Positions 32,779-42,968 of a DNA stretch of 55,750 nucleotides are shown here, piece after piece. Source of the DNA: an uncultured Planctomycetia bacterium (GTDB lineage Bacteria; Omnitrophota; Gorgyraeia; 1-14-0-20-64-10); NCBI GenBank assembly GCA_964373805.1, contig CAYJWF010000008.1, positions 1 to 55,750 on the forward strand. Reading direction: 5' to 3'. Position 1 is the first letter of the stretch; every line of letters begins with the position of its first letter. The translations under genes and the position numbers were made by a program. The notes below the pieces were generated by a model. It saw only the letters and a list, made by a program, of their open reading frames with translations, had not been told where the DNA came from and made no database searches.

Positions 32779-33180
32779 TCACCATACATGACAAATCACC
32801 TCGCCGCCGACCCCTCGGCGTCTCGCCTCGGCATCGGTCAAGATCCCCACGGGCGTCGTTAAGATCGCCGTGCCAATCCCAGAGAGCACCCTCGGTACCT
32901 TGGTCTTCGAAACGTAGATCCGCTGACCCGGCTTCGAGATCCGCCGAACGTGCCGAAGGATCGGGTGGCGCGCCTTGGTGTATTTCAAATAGACGCGCAA
33001 AATCCCTTGGGGATTCCGCTCCTTGAGGAGTCGCCAGTTGAGGATAAACCCCTCTTGTTTAAGGCACTCCAGGACCGTGCCCCCCAAGCGGGAAGCCCGC
33101 ACATCCACTTCCTGTTTACCGGCGCGACTGGCGTTGCGCACGGCCGTCAACAGATCACCCATGGGATCGGTCAAACCCAC
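32779..33180 (-). CDS. rpsH: 30S ribosomal protein S8
   Basis: 133 aa, diagnostic uS8 (TDPMGDLLTAVRNA), GTG start. Confidence 0.97.
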   Translation of the reverse strand: MGLTDPMGDLLTAVRNASRAGKQEVDVRASRLGGTVLECLKQEGFILNWRLLKERNPQGILRVYLKYTKARHPILRHVRRISKPGQRIYVSKTKVPRVLSGIGTAILTTPVGILTDAEARRRGVGGEVICHVW

Positions 33181-33208
33181 CCCGCACCTCCTACGACAGC
33201 TTTCATCC

Positions 33209-33394
33209 TCACCAACTCGCCTTGGTCACCCCAGGGATCTGGCCTCGGTGCGCCATTTCCCGGAAGCAGATGCGACAGATCCTGAACTTGCGGTAGTTGC
33301 CCCCGGAGCGTCCACACCGAGTACACCGGCTGTACCGCCGAGTCCGGAATTTCGGCGCCAACTTCCACCGCTCAATCTGACTTTTCTTTGCCAT
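33209..33394 (-). CDS. rpsN: 30S ribosomal protein S14, zinc-binding short (type Z) form
   Basis: 61 aa with two CxxC pairs (CTRCG...CRIC), ending in GVTKASW. Confidence 0.96.
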   Translation of the reverse strand: MAKKSQIERWKLAPKFRTRRYSRCTRCGRSGGNYRKFRICRICFREMAHRGQIPGVTKASW

Positions 33395-33974
33395 CTCTAC
33401 TGTCCTGTTTAAACGGCATGCCTAAGGATTTAAGCAGTTCCAGGGTCTCTTCTTTGGACTTCGCCGTGGTGCAAATCACGACGTCCATCCCCTGAACACG
33501 GTTCACCTTGTCGTAATCGATCTCCGGAAAGATCAGTTGCTCGGTCAACCCCATCGCGTAATTGCCGCCGCCGTCAAAGCCGTCTAAGGACACTCCCCGG
33601 AAATCCCGCATGCGAGGCATCGCCACGTTAAGAAGGCGATCGAGGAATTCGTACATCCGGGCGCGGCGAAGGGTCACCTTGACCCCCACCGGTTGGCCCT
33701 CCCTAATCTTGAAATGGGAGATCGCCTTCTTGGCCCGGGTCAGTACGGGGCGTTGACCGGTAATCGCCCCAAGCTCCTGGGCCGCCTGTTCGATGACCTT
33801 GATGTCCTGGGCTCCGGCCCCAATCCCCATGTTGATCACCACCTTGGTCAGCCGAGGCGTCTGCAGGCGATTTTTAAGCTTAAATTTCTCCATGAGAGTG
33901 GGAACGATCTCTTGGCGATACCGCTCCAACAAACGGGGTGGTTCTGCTGGCGACGCTTCCCCTTGAGAAGACAT
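33372..33974 (-). CDS. rplE: 50S ribosomal protein L5
   Basis: Starts at Met11 of the track ORF, 2 nt after the rplX stop. Diagnostic uL5 sequence. Confidence 0.95.
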   Translation of the reverse strand: MSSQGEASPAEPPRLLERYRQEIVPTLMEKFKLKNRLQTPRLTKVVINMGIGAGAQDIKVIEQAAQELGAITGQRPVLTRAKKAISHFKIREGQPVGVKVTLRRARMYEFLDRLLNVAMPRMRDFRGVSLDGFDGGGNYAMGLTEQLIFPEIDYDKVNRVQGMDVVICTTAKSKEETLELLKSLGMPFKQDSRDGKEKSD

Positions 33975-33976
33975 CG

Positions 33977-34288
33977 TTAAAAGGCCTCTTGACAGCGACG
34001 GCAAACCCGCACCTTCGATCCGTCCGCCTCAACCTTAAAACCCACCCGTACCCCCCGGTTACAACGAGGGCAAATCGGCTGCAGCCGGTCCAAGGCCATG
34101 GGACTCTCTCGACTCAAGATGTTTCCCTGGGGGTTGTTCTGGGAACGACGCAAGTGCCGTTTGACCAGATTCAATCCCTCCACCGTGGCGGTGGACTTTC
34201 CCACGAGAAGCCTCAACACCTTTCCCCGCTTCTTGCGATTTTTTCCGCTTAAGACCACGACGGAATCGTTGGCCTTAATCCGAAACAT
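33977..34288 (-). CDS. rplX: 50S ribosomal protein L24
   Basis: 103 aa, diagnostic uL24 (KANDSVVVLSGKNRKKRGKV). Confidence 0.96.
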   Translation of the reverse strand: MFRIKANDSVVVLSGKNRKKRGKVLRLLVGKSTATVEGLNLVKRHLRRSQNNPQGNILSRESPMALDRLQPICPRCNRGVRVGFKVEADGSKVRVCRRCQEAF

Positions 34289-34291
34289 CGT

Positions 34292-34660
34292 CTAAATCAC
34301 CTCCGGGGCCAGTGAAACAATCTTGGTGAATCGTCGGTCCCTCAACTCTCGCGCTACCGGCCCAAAGATCCGCGTCCCCCGAGGGTTCTTCTGGTTGTCG
34401 ATGATGACCACGGCGTTCGTGTCGAAGCGCAACGTGGATCCATCGGGCCGACGGATGGGACCTCGGGTCCGAACGATCACCGCCTTGACCACCTCCCCTT
34501 TCTTGATCAGGGCTTCTGGGGCGGCTTCCCGTACGTTGGCCGTCACAACCTCCCCGATCTCGGCCCAGAGCTTTCCGTGAGCCCCTACGACCCCAATCAT
34601 CGAGGCTCGCTTCACACCGGTGTTATCGGCAATCTCTAAAATGGAACGCATGCGGAGCAT
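34292..34660 (-). CDS. rplN: 50S ribosomal protein L14
   Basis: 122 aa, diagnostic uL14. Confidence 0.97.
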   Translation of the reverse strand: MLRMRSILEIADNTGVKRASMIGVVGAHGKLWAEIGEVVTANVREAAPEALIKKGEVVKAVIVRTRGPIRRPDGSTLRFDTNAVVIIDNQKNPRGTRIFGPVARELRDRRFTKIVSLAPEVI

Positions 34661-34665
34661 ATCGA

Positions 34666-34965
34666 TCAGCCGACTCCCTCTTTCAGGCTCTCTTGGTCTT
34701 TCTGGAAAGGGGTGCTCTTAAGCCCTCGCCGAAGGATCTGCACCAGACGCCACCGTTTCTCTTTGGACAAGGGACGAGTCTGGCCAATCTTCACCTCGTC
34801 TCCCAGGTGAGCCTCTTTCTCAGGATCGTGGGCCTTAAACTTCTTGAACCGACGAATCACCCGCTGGTAAACCGGATGACGAAAGAGGCGCATCACCCGA
34901 ACCACGATGGTCTTCTCCATCCGATCGGAAACCACGATTCCCACCAACTGCTTTTGACGGTTCAT
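34666..34965 (-). CDS. rpsQ: 30S ribosomal protein S17
   Basis: 99 aa, diagnostic uS17 (LVGIVVSDRMEKTIVV). Confidence 0.96.
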   Translation of the reverse strand: MNRQKQLVGIVVSDRMEKTIVVRVMRLFRHPVYQRVIRRFKKFKAHDPEKEAHLGDEVKIGQTRPLSKEKRWRLVQILRRGLKSTPFQKDQESLKEGVG

Positions 34966-34967
34966 GC

Positions 34968-35177
34968 TTAGCCTTTTTTCTCGGCGGACGAGCGCTGTCG
35001 CTCTTTAAGAAAGGTCAAAACCCGAGCGACCTCCCGACGGGCCTCGCCGATGCGATGGGGTCGGTCCAATTTCCCCGCGGAAGCCTGCATTCGAAAATCA
35101 AACATCTGGCGCTTCAACTCTCCCAACCTTCGGGTCAGCTCCTCCAAACCCAACTCTTTCAGCTCTGAAATCTTCAT
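34968..35177 (-). CDS. rpmC: 50S ribosomal protein L29
   Basis: 69 aa, diagnostic uL29. Confidence 0.95.
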   Translation of the reverse strand: MKISELKELGLEELTRRLGELKRQMFDFRMQASAGKLDRPHRIGEARREVARVLTFLKERQRSSAEKKG

Positions 35178-35191
35178 CGGCCTCTACTATT

Positions 35192-35216
35192 CGCTATCCG
35201 CTAAACGCTATCCGCT
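35192..35216. repeat. short direct repeat CGCTATCCGCT x2 (14-nt period) in the rplP-rpmC spacer
   Basis: Read directly. The copies are at 35192-35202 and 35206-35216. Confidence 0.7.
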
Positions 35217-35219
35217 CTT

Positions 35220-35636
35220 TCAGGCCGCCACGCGGGTGACGAAGCGGGTCCTTAAGGGGAGTTTGGCGGCCGCCAATCGCAAAGCGGCCTTGGCCAGTTC
35301 CATCGGAATTCCTTCCATCTCCACCAACACCTTCCCTCGACGAACCACGGCCACCCAAAACTCCGGCATTCCCTTGCCCTTGCCCATCCGGGTCTCGGCC
35401 GGCTTCCTCGTCACCGGCTTATCGGGAAAAACCCTTAAGTAGACGCGGCCTCCTCGGTGAACGTGACGGGTCAAGGCCACCCGAGCCGCTTCCAGCTGCG
35501 TGTGGGTGAGCCACCCATTCTCCAACGCCTGAAGGCCGTATTCCCCAAAGGCCACCAGAAACCCACGGGTCGCGATCCCATCCCGCCGACCTCGTTGAGC
35601 CTTTCGATACTTGACCCGCTTCGGGATGAGCGGCAT
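35220..35636 (-). CDS. rplP: 50S ribosomal protein L16
   Basis: 138 aa, diagnostic uL16 ([17 protein letters not shown]). Confidence 0.97.
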   Translation of the reverse strand: MPLIPKRVKYRKAQRGRRDGIATRGFLVAFGEYGLQALENGWLTHTQLEAARVALTRHVHRGGRVYLRVFPDKPVTRKPAETRMGKGKGMPEFWVAVVRRGKVLVEMEGIPMELAKAALRLAAAKLPLRTRFVTRVAA

Positions 35637-35637
35637 C

Positions 35638-36324
35638 TTACTCTTTGGCTCCCGACTTCTCTGGTGCCGGCGCTGGTGACAAGGGCGTTTGGCTCTTCAA
35701 CAGGGTATCCCCTTGGTAAACCCAACATTTCACCCCGATCCGTCCGTAGGTGGTCTTGGCCTCGGCGAACCCGTACCCGATATCGGCCCGAAAGGTACCC
35801 AAGGGGATCTTGCCGTCCCGATACGTCTCCACCCGAGACATCTCCGCCCCACCTAAGCGTCCTCCACAGCGCACCTTAATCCCCAGCGCCCCGGAGTTCA
35901 TCGCCAGCTGCATCGCCCGCTTCATGGCCCGCCGGAAGCTGACCTGCCGCTCCAACTGAAAGGCGATGTTCTCGGCGATCAACTGCGGCACGGTGGCGGG
36001 ATTGCGCACTTCCTTAATGTCGATCGTGGCCTCCCGATTCGTCATCGCGTGAAGCTCGTCCCGCAGCCGATCGATGTCCGCTCCCCGACGTCCAATCACC
36101 ACCCCCGGCCGAGCCGAATGGATCATCACCCGAATCTTATTCGCCGTCCGCTCGATTTCCACTTTGGCCACGGCCGCGTTGGTGAGGGCTTCCCCTAAGA
36201 ATCGGCGGATCTTCTCATCCTCCTGCAGCAAGAGGCCAAAGTTCTGCCGCCGGGCAAACCAACGGGAGGCCCAAGTCTCGGTGATCCCTAGACGATTCGC
36301 CAAAGGAGGGACCTTATGCCCCAT
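35638..36324 (-). CDS. rpsC: 30S ribosomal protein S3
   Basis: 228 aa, diagnostic uS3 (KH domain plus C-terminal domain). Confidence 0.97.
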   Translation of the reverse strand: MGHKVPPLANRLGITETWASRWFARRQNFGLLLQEDEKIRRFLGEALTNAAVAKVEIERTANKIRVMIHSARPGVVIGRRGADIDRLRDELHAMTNREATIDIKEVRNPATVPQLIAENIAFQLERQVSFRRAMKRAMQLAMNSGALGIKVRCGGRLGGAEMSRVETYRDGKIPLGTFRADIGYGFAEAKTTYGRIGVKCWVYQGDTLLKSQTPLSPAPAPEKSGAKE

Positions 36325-36658
36325 TTTTCCTCACATCCAGTTCGATGACAAGATGCGTCATTCGCTTCTTGTACGATTTCGCCTGTCCGCGAGCGGCCGC
36401 TCGGACCCGTCGGCCCGCTGGGCCGCCATCGGCCAAGATCCTGGAAACGAAAAGCTGCTCCTTGTTTAAGGTTCCATCGCGGGTGGCATTGGCCACAGCC
36501 GAGCGAAACACCTTGGCCACCGGTCGGGCCGTCCCCTTGCGGAGGTTGAGAAGAATCGCTTCGGCTTTCGGAACCCCCTCTCCCCTCATGAGGCGAGCGA
36601 TCAAGCGCACCTTTCGGGGCGAAACCGGAAGAAACCGACCGATCGCCTTTGCCACCAT
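36314..36658 (-). CDS. rplV: 50S ribosomal protein L22
   Basis: 114 aa, diagnostic uL22. Confidence 0.97.
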   Translation of the reverse strand: MVAKAIGRFLPVSPRKVRLIARLMRGEGVPKAEAILLNLRKGTARPVAKVFRSAVANATRDGTLNKEQLFVSRILADGGPAGRRVRAAARGQAKSYKKRMTHLVIELDVRKNGA

Positions 36659-36667
36659 CGCGAAATC

Positions 36668-36955
36668 CTACGTCGGGGCAGGAGGTTTGGTGACCCCCTT
36701 GACCCCATGTTTCTTAAAGGTTCGGGTGGGAGAAAACTCTCCCAGCTTGTGTCCCACCATGTTCTCCGTGACGAACACCGGAAGAAATTTCATCCCGTTG
36801 TGAACGAGGAACGTGTGCCCCACAAAATCGGGGGTGACCGTGGAGCGACGGGACCAGGTCTTCACGGGTTTGCGCTCCCCGCTCTTGGCGAGCCTTTCGA
36901 TCTTTTCCATCAGGCACTTATCGACAAACGGACCTTTTCGAGTCGATCGACCCAT
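36668..36955 (-). CDS. rpsS: 30S ribosomal protein S19
   Basis: 95 aa, diagnostic uS19 ([29 protein letters not shown]). Confidence 0.97.
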   Translation of the reverse strand: MGRSTRKGPFVDKCLMEKIERLAKSGERKPVKTWSRRSTVTPDFVGHTFLVHNGMKFLPVFVTENMVGHKLGEFSPTRTFKKHGVKGVTKPPAPT

Positions 36956-36959
36956 TCCT

Positions 36960-37781
36960 CTAATTCCTCCGTTTAACGATCAGGCGATCCGACAACCTAT
37001 GCTTATGCCGGGTCTTAAAACCCTTGGTCTGCCAGCCCCAAGGGGAAACCGGATGCGGATTGCCTTGGCCCGATTTTCCCTCCCCACCTCCGTGCGGGTG
37101 ATCGTGGGGGTTCATCGCCAGTCCTCGGGTATGCGGACGGCGGCCCAACCACCGGGAGCGACCGGCCTTGCCCAACGAAAGGGTCTCGTGATCGACGTTG
37201 CCCAGCTGTCCCACCGTAGCGAAACAGCTTTCCAACACCCGACGGATCTCCCCGGAGGGGAGCCGCAAGGTGGCGTATCCGGCCTCCTTGGCCAACAACT
37301 GAGCGGCGGTTCCGGCGGAACGAACCATCTGCCCGCCGCGACCCGGCTGCAGCTCGATGTTGTGCACAAAGGTTCCTAACGGGATGGCACTTAAAGGAAG
37401 CGCATTACCGGGCGACACCTCGGCCGTGGGAGAGGCCCATACCTCAGTTCCCACCGCGATCCCCTGGGGGGCTAGGATGTAACGGCGCTCCCTATCGGGA
37501 TACTCGAGCAACGCCAATCGAGCCGATCGGTTGGGATCGTACTCCACGGCCACCACCTTGGCCGGGACATCCCGGCGATCCCTTTTAAAATCGATCAGGC
37601 GAATCATCCGCTTATGCCCTCCACCCCGGTGCCGGACGGTCACGTGCCCATGGGCATTGCGACCTCCCTTTTTTCTAAGCGCAATGACGAGAGACTTCTC
37701 CGGTTCCGTCTTCGTGATCTCATCGAACAGGGCCGTCGTCATATGACGCCGAGAAGGGGTATACGGCTTGTAACTCTTCAC
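36960..37781 (-). CDS. rplB: 50S ribosomal protein L2
   Basis: 273 aa, diagnostic uL2, GTG start. Confidence 0.97.
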   Translation of the reverse strand: MKSYKPYTPSRRHMTTALFDEITKTEPEKSLVIALRKKGGRNAHGHVTVRHRGGGHKRMIRLIDFKRDRRDVPAKVVAVEYDPNRSARLALLEYPDRERRYILAPQGIAVGTEVWASPTAEVSPGNALPLSAIPLGTFVHNIELQPGRGGQMVRSAGTAAQLLAKEAGYATLRLPSGEIRRVLESCFATVGQLGNVDHETLSLGKAGRSRWLGRRPHTRGLAMNPHDHPHGGGEGKSGQGNPHPVSPWGWQTKGFKTRHKHRLSDRLIVKRRN

Positions 37782-37796
37782 CGCCCTAAGGACACC

Positions 37797-37863
37797 TTCT
37801 TCTTTGTTTTTGGCTGCGCCAGCAAACTCTCCAGAAAAGTCCCGAGCGCAGCCGAGGGGTTCT
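37797..37863 (+). repeat. F2 repeat (short form), rplW-rplB spacer
   Basis: CTTCTTTGTTTTTGGCTGCGCCAGCAAACTCTCCAGAAAAGTCCCGAGCGCAGCCGAGGGGTTCTTC. It ends exactly at the rplW stop (37864-37866). Confidence 0.8.
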
Positions 37864-38148
37864 TCACGTCGCCACCTCGATCTTCGAACCGCTGCCCAAA
37901 GTGACGTACGCCTTCTTCCAATCGGAGCGATACCCCCACCGGGCTCCCACCCGACGAGGCTTGCCGCTTAAGATCGCCGTATGCACCTTGGCGACCTTCA
38001 CCTTAAAGAGCTCCTCCACCGACCGCTTAATATCCGGTTTGGTCGCTCGAATGTCCACCGCAAAGAGGTATTTTCCTCCCGGCTCCATTCCGGTTCCCTT
38101 CTCGGTCCTCAAGAGAGTCCTGATGCAATCCGAAGCAAACTGGGTCAT
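37864..38148 (-). CDS. rplW: 50S ribosomal protein L23
   Basis: 94 aa, diagnostic uL23. Confidence 0.96.
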   Translation of the reverse strand: MTQFASDCIRTLLRTEKGTGMEPGGKYLFAVDIRATKPDIKRSVEELFKVKVAKVHTAILSGKPRRVGARWGYRSDWKKAYVTLGSGSKIEVAT

Positions 38149-38789
38149 GGTTCGACTCCGCTCACCACAGGCCCGACCAAGGCCTCCAACCTCTTTAAAC
38201 TGGCCGCGGTCAACACGAGCTTCGAATGGCTTAACACATCGTAGCTGTTCAAGTCGTCGGCCCGTTTGACCGACACCTTCGGCAGATTCCGACAGATCCG
38301 ATTCAAAACCGGAGAAGCCTGGTCCACGACAAGCAGGGCTCCCTTTTGGACGTCCAATCGCCCGAGCAGGCGTCCCATCGATTTCGTCTTGGGCTCCAAC
38401 CCTTCCAAGCTATCCACCGCCACCACCGATTGGTCCGCCACCTTGGCCCGTAAGCTGCTCAACAAGGCCAACCGACGCAGGCGTTTCGGAAAAGCGTAAC
38501 GGTAGTCGCGCGGATGCGATCCAAAAACGATCCCTCCCTTTCGCCAAATGGGAGAGCGGATCGAACCGGCCCGGGCCCGACCGGTATGCTTTTGCGCCCA
38601 CGGCTTCTTTCCTCCGCCGCGGACCTCACCGCGGGTCTTGGTATCGGCCGTCCCCTGCCGCTGATTGGCCAGGTGCCTCCGAACCGCGGCCCAAAGGAGC
38701 GCGCCCTTCGGAGGTTCCTCCCACCCTTTCGGGGTGGGAACGCTGCCGATGGCCTGACCGTCTAAGTTGTGCAGACGAATCTCACTCAT
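38145..38789 (-). CDS. rplD: 50S ribosomal protein L4
   Basis: 214 aa, diagnostic uL4. Confidence 0.97.
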   Translation of the reverse strand: MSEIRLHNLDGQAIGSVPTPKGWEEPPKGALLWAAVRRHLANQRQGTADTKTRGEVRGGGKKPWAQKHTGRARAGSIRSPIWRKGGIVFGSHPRDYRYAFPKRLRRLALLSSLRAKVADQSVVAVDSLEGLEPKTKSMGRLLGRLDVQKGALLVVDQASPVLNRICRNLPKVSVKRADDLNSYDVLSHSKLVLTAASLKRLEALVGPVVSGVEP

Positions 38790-39535
38790 TGGGGGCTACC
38801 TGCTTTCTTCTTATCCTTTTCCTTGCCCGCCGCTTGGGGTTTGGCCGGTTGAGCCATCTTCTTTTTCGCTTGAGGCTTATGGACCACGGCCAGCTTAGGA
38901 GGTTTACGGGACTTCCGGATCAAGACCACCGCCTTGGAAACTCCAGGAACCGATCCCTTCACCAAGAGCAGATTCTGGGCCGGATCCACCTTCACCACCT
39001 CCAAGCCTATCGTCGTCACCTGTCGGTTTCCCATATGGCCGGGCAAGTGATGTCCCTTAAAAACCCGCGAAGGGTTGGTGCTGGATCCGATCGAGCCGGG
39101 GCGGCGATGGGACATGGAGCCGTGGGTTTCAGGCCCCCCTTTCCAATGCCAACGCTTCACCCCTCCCTGGAACCCCTTGCCGATCGATCGGGCCGTGACG
39201 TCAACCCGATCCCCGACCTTGAACAGCTCCACGTTCAAGGAGGAACCAACCTCAAACGTTTGATCGGTAGGCAGGCGAAACTCCTTTAAGATCCGATGGG
39301 CAGGCAGTTGCCTCTTCAAAAAATGACCGGCCACCGGCTTCGATAACCGATCGGCCTTAACCTCCTCAAAACCCAACTGAACCGCCCGGTAGCCGTCTCG
39401 TTCGGCGGACCTGACGAAAGTCACTGTACAGGGACCAGCGCTTAAAACGGTGACCGGCACCCAACGACCGTCCTCCCGAAAGATCTGCGTCATGCCCAGC
39501 TTTCTACCCATTAAGCCCACTGACATTGCGCTCAT
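38786..39535 (-). CDS. rplC: 50S ribosomal protein L3 with Lys-rich C-terminal tail
   Basis: 249 aa, diagnostic uL3 (GLMGRKLGMTQIF). The ATG at 39526 is an alternative start. The last roughly 35 aa are K/A/P-rich. Confidence 0.96.
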   Translation of the reverse strand: MSAMSVGLMGRKLGMTQIFREDGRWVPVTVLSAGPCTVTFVRSAERDGYRAVQLGFEEVKADRLSKPVAGHFLKRQLPAHRILKEFRLPTDQTFEVGSSLNVELFKVGDRVDVTARSIGKGFQGGVKRWHWKGGPETHGSMSHRRPGSIGSSTNPSRVFKGHHLPGHMGNRQVTTIGLEVVKVDPAQNLLLVKGSVPGVSKAVVLIRKSRKPPKLAVVHKPQAKKKMAQPAKPQAAGKEKDKKKAGSPQ

Positions 39536-39540
39536 CGACT

Positions 39541-39654
39541 CGTCATTTCGAGCGAAGCGAGAAACCCCATCGAGATCCCTCGGCCCTCCGGGCCTCGGGA
39601 TGACATTCGGCCATCAAACTTATCTCGCTTCGCTCCGTAAGTTTGGGCCTCATG
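39541..39654 (-). repeat. F1 stop-abutting hairpin element plus F5-like module (rpsJ-rplC spacer)
   Basis: The RNA sense from the rpsJ stop reads TGACATGAGGCCCAAACTTACGGAGCGAAGCGAGATAAGTTTGATGGCCGAATGTCATCCCGAGGCCCGGAGGGCCGAGGGATCTCGATGGGGTTTCTCGCTTCGCTCGAAATGACG. Confidence 0.8.
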
Positions 39655-39960
39655 TCACTTGATCTCGACATCCACTCCAGCAGGAAGATCTAATTTGCGC
39701 AACGCGTCGATCGTCTTCGAGGTCGGATTCACGATGTCCAACAGCCGCTTGTGGGTCTTCATCTGGAACTGCTCCCGCGATTTCTTATCGACGTGAGGCG
39801 AACGCAGCACCGTGTACATCTCCCGTTTGGTCGGCAACGGAATCGGCCCCGCTACCTCCGCCCCAGTCCGCTTGGCCGACTCGACAATCTCCGCCGCCGA
39901 CCGATCCAGGATGCGATGGTCGTAGGCCTTCAATTTGATGCGAATCTTACGTTCCGCCAT
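39655..39960 (-). CDS. rpsJ: 30S ribosomal protein S10
   Basis: 101 aa, diagnostic uS10 ([14 protein letters not shown]). Confidence 0.97.
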   Translation of the reverse strand: MAERKIRIKLKAYDHRILDRSAAEIVESAKRTGAEVAGPIPLPTKREMYTVLRSPHVDKKSREQFQMKTHKRLLDIVNPTSKTIDALRKLDLPAGVDVEIK

Positions 39961-39966
39961 CGATCC

Positions 39967-42078
39967 TCACGTGTTTTCCCCACGCTTTAAGAGCATCTCG
40001 GCAATGGCACTGGGAACCGGCGAATAGCAGAGAGGCTCCATGGTGAAGTACCCTCGACCTTGGGTCAAGCTTCGAATCACCGTGGCGTAGCCGAACATCT
40101 CGGCCAAGGGAACCTCCCCGTGAATCACCTTGACGTTCACCCGCTGCCCCATCTCGGCGATTCGGCATCGTCGGCTGTTCAAGTCGCCGATCACCTCGCC
40201 CAGATACTCCTCCGGCACCACGACCTCCAACCGCATGATCGGCTCCAGCAGAATCGGTTTTGCGCTGCGGACCCCATCCTTAAAACCGATGGAGCCGGCG
40301 AGCTTAAAAGCCATCTCGGAGGAGTCGACCTGATGGTAAGTGCCATCCACCAAGGTGACGGAGACATCCACCACCGGATAGCCGGCCAACACCCCGTTGC
40401 GGGCCGCCCCCAAAACTCCGTCCTTGACCGCCGGGATGTACTCCTTGGGGATCGCTCCTCCCACCACTCGATTGATGAACTCCACCCCGGATCCCCGTTC
40501 TCCGGGCTCCAATTGCAAGACCACGTGTCCGTACTGGCCGCGGCCGCCGCTTTGCTGGATGAATTTGCCCACCGCCTCGATCTTTCGGGTGATCGTCTCC
40601 TTGTAGGCGACTTGCGGGGGTCCTATCTTGACGCCTATCTTGAACTCCCGCCGCATCCGATCGAGGAGCACGTCGAGGTGAAGCTCCCCCATCCCCGAGA
40701 TCACGGTCTGCGCGGTCTCGCCGTTGTAGAAAACCTTAAACGAGGGATCCTCATCCTGAAGCGTCCCCAAGGCATGGCTCAACTTCTCCTGGTCCAGCTT
40801 GGTCTCGGCCTCAATCGCCAAGGAGACGACCGGCTCCGGGAAAATCATCGATTCCAATAGGATTGGCTTCTCCTCATCGCAGATCGTCTCCCCGGTCCTG
40901 GTTTCCTTCAATCCCACCGCGGCGACGATGTCGCCGGCCGAGACGTGATCAATGATCTCCTGCTTGTTGGCGTGCATCCGAACGAGCTTCCCAATCCGTT
41001 CGTCCTCCTGACGGTTGACGTTGTACCCGTAAGAGCCGGAGTTTAAGACCCCCGAGTAGATCCGAAGGAAGGTCAGCTTCCCGACAAAGGGATCCCGCAT
41101 GATCTTAAAGGCCAAGGCGCAGAAAGGGGCCTCCGGGGAGGTGGGACGCGACTCCTCGGCCTTGGTGTCGGGATGGGTTCCTTTCACCGGTGGAATGTCC
41201 AACGGAGAGGGCAGATAATCCACCACCGCATCCAAGAGGAGCTGGACGCCTTTGTTGCGGGCCGAGGCCCCGCAAAATACGGGAACCACCTTTCCCGCGA
41301 TGGTCGCCCGTCGGATGGCCGCCATGAGCTCCTCCAGGGAAGCCTTCTCATCGTGAACAAATTTCTGCAGGATCGGATCGTCCGCCTCGGCCAACCGTTC
41401 GAACAAGGTCCCCCTCCACTTCTCCACATCGGCTTTAAGATTCTCGGGAAGAGGCTTGGTCTCAATCTCCATTCCTTTTTCGTCCACGTAAATCTTGAGC
41501 TCCTGACGCAATAAATCCACCATTCCAGAAAAAGAGCCTTCCACCCCAAAGGGAAGCTGCAGCGGGATCGGCACCGCCCCTAGCCGTTCCTCGATCTGCT
41601 TCACCGTACCGAAGAAATCGGCCCCCACCTTATCCATCTTGTTGATGAAGGCCATCCGGGGCACCCGATACCGATCCGCCTGCCGCCAGACCGTCTCCGA
41701 CTGAGGCTCTACCCCGCCCGCCGCGTCGAAGATCACGACACAGCCGTCCAAGACTTTGAGACTGCGTTCCACCTCCACGGTAAAGTCCACGTGTCCGGGG
41801 GTATCGATCAGATTGATCCGGTGCTCCCGCCAGAAACAGGTGGTGCAGGCCGAGGTGATCGTGATCCCCCGTTCCTGCTCCTGAACCATCCAGTCCATGG
41901 TAGCGGTTCCCTCATCCACCTCTCCAATCCGATGGACCCGGCCCGTGTAGAAGAGGATCCGTTCACTGGTCGTCGTCTTTCCCGCGTCGATGTGGGCCAC
42001 GATCCCAATGTTGCGGGTCTTCTCCAGTGGATAATCGGTGACGTCGGTGGCTTTCCCGGCCGATTGCGGTTTAGGCAT
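39967..42078 (-). CDS. fusA: elongation factor G
   Basis: 703 aa, diagnostic EF-G ([21 protein letters not shown]). Confidence 0.97.
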   Translation of the reverse strand: MPKPQSAGKATDVTDYPLEKTRNIGIVAHIDAGKTTTSERILFYTGRVHRIGEVDEGTATMDWMVQEQERGITITSACTTCFWREHRINLIDTPGHVDFTVEVERSLKVLDGCVVIFDAAGGVEPQSETVWRQADRYRVPRMAFINKMDKVGADFFGTVKQIEERLGAVPIPLQLPFGVEGSFSGMVDLLRQELKIYVDEKGMEIETKPLPENLKADVEKWRGTLFERLAEADDPILQKFVHDEKASLEELMAAIRRATIAGKVVPVFCGASARNKGVQLLLDAVVDYLPSPLDIPPVKGTHPDTKAEESRPTSPEAPFCALAFKIMRDPFVGKLTFLRIYSGVLNSGSYGYNVNRQEDERIGKLVRMHANKQEIIDHVSAGDIVAAVGLKETRTGETICDEEKPILLESMIFPEPVVSLAIEAETKLDQEKLSHALGTLQDEDPSFKVFYNGETAQTVISGMGELHLDVLLDRMRREFKIGVKIGPPQVAYKETITRKIEAVGKFIQQSGGRGQYGHVVLQLEPGERGSGVEFINRVVGGAIPKEYIPAVKDGVLGAARNGVLAGYPVVDVSVTLVDGTYHQVDSSEMAFKLAGSIGFKDGVRSAKPILLEPIMRLEVVVPEEYLGEVIGDLNSRRCRIAEMGQRVNVKVIHGEVPLAEMFGYATVIRSLTQGRGYFTMEPLCYSPVPSAIAEMLLKRGENT

Positions 42079-42089
42079 CGTTCTCTAGG

Positions 42090-42560
42090 TCACCATCGGT
42101 AATGGCTGAAGGCCTTGTTGGCCTCGGCCATCCGATGCATATCCTCTTTTCGCTTAACCGCCGACCCCTGGCCTTGGAAAGCAGCTGTCAACTCCTCCGA
42201 CAATCGATCGACCATCGGCTTACCCGGCCGGCTGCGGGCAAAATCCCGCAGCCAGCGCAAGGCGAGGAACGTTCCCCGATCGGACCTTACCTCAATCGGA
42301 ATCTGATAGGTGGCCCCCCCCACCCGACGGGATTTCACCTCCACCAACGGCCGCGCATTCTCCACCGCCTTCTGCAAAAATTCCAGAGGATTGGGATGTT
42401 GAAGCCTTTGAGCCGCTCGATCGAGCGCTTGATACACGATCCGTTCGGCCAGCGATTTCTTTCCCCGTTCCATCACCATATGGACGAAACGCTGAACCAA
42501 CCGAGACCCGAACTTAGGATCCGGTACAATCACCCTCTTCTCTCTACGCCCCCGCCTCAT
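42090..42560 (-). CDS. rpsG: 30S ribosomal protein S7
   Basis: 156 aa, diagnostic uS7. Confidence 0.97.
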   Translation of the reverse strand: MRRGRREKRVIVPDPKFGSRLVQRFVHMVMERGKKSLAERIVYQALDRAAQRLQHPNPLEFLQKAVENARPLVEVKSRRVGGATYQIPIEVRSDRGTFLALRWLRDFARSRPGKPMVDRLSEELTAAFQGQGSAVKRKEDMHRMAEANKAFSHYRW

Positions 42561-42590
42561 CGGACCAGCAACTCCTATAATAACCCCGAA

Positions 42591-42968
42591 CTATCCCTTG
42601 GGCCGCTTGGCCCCGTATTTCGACCGGGACTTACGACGCTGATTCACCCCGGCGGCGTCCAAGGTACCCCGGACGCTGTGGTATCGAACGCCGGGCAAAT
42701 CCTTGACCCTGCCCCCCCGAACCAGGACGATGGAGTGCTCCTGAAGATTGTGTCCCTCACCAGGGATGTACGCGGTCACCTCGGTCCCATTGGTCAATCG
42801 GACGCGAGCGATCTTGCGAAGCGCCGAATTCGGCTTCTTCGGCGTCATGGTCTTCACCTGCAGACAGACCCCTCGGACTTGGGGACGGCGGTCTAAGGCC
42901 GGCGATTTGGGGCGTTTGGTCTTCTCCTTTCGGCCGTGGCGAATGAGCTGTGAAATGGTCGGGCTCAC
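42591..42968 (-). CDS. rpsL: 30S ribosomal protein S12
   Basis: 125 aa, diagnostic uS12 ([11 protein letters not shown]...[10 protein letters not shown]). The GTG start overlaps the rpoC stop (GTGA). Confidence 0.97.
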   Translation of the reverse strand: MSPTISQLIRHGRKEKTKRPKSPALDRRPQVRGVCLQVKTMTPKKPNSALRKIARVRLTNGTEVTAYIPGEGHNLQEHSIVLVRGGRVKDLPGVRYHSVRGTLDAAGVNQRRKSRSKYGAKRPKG

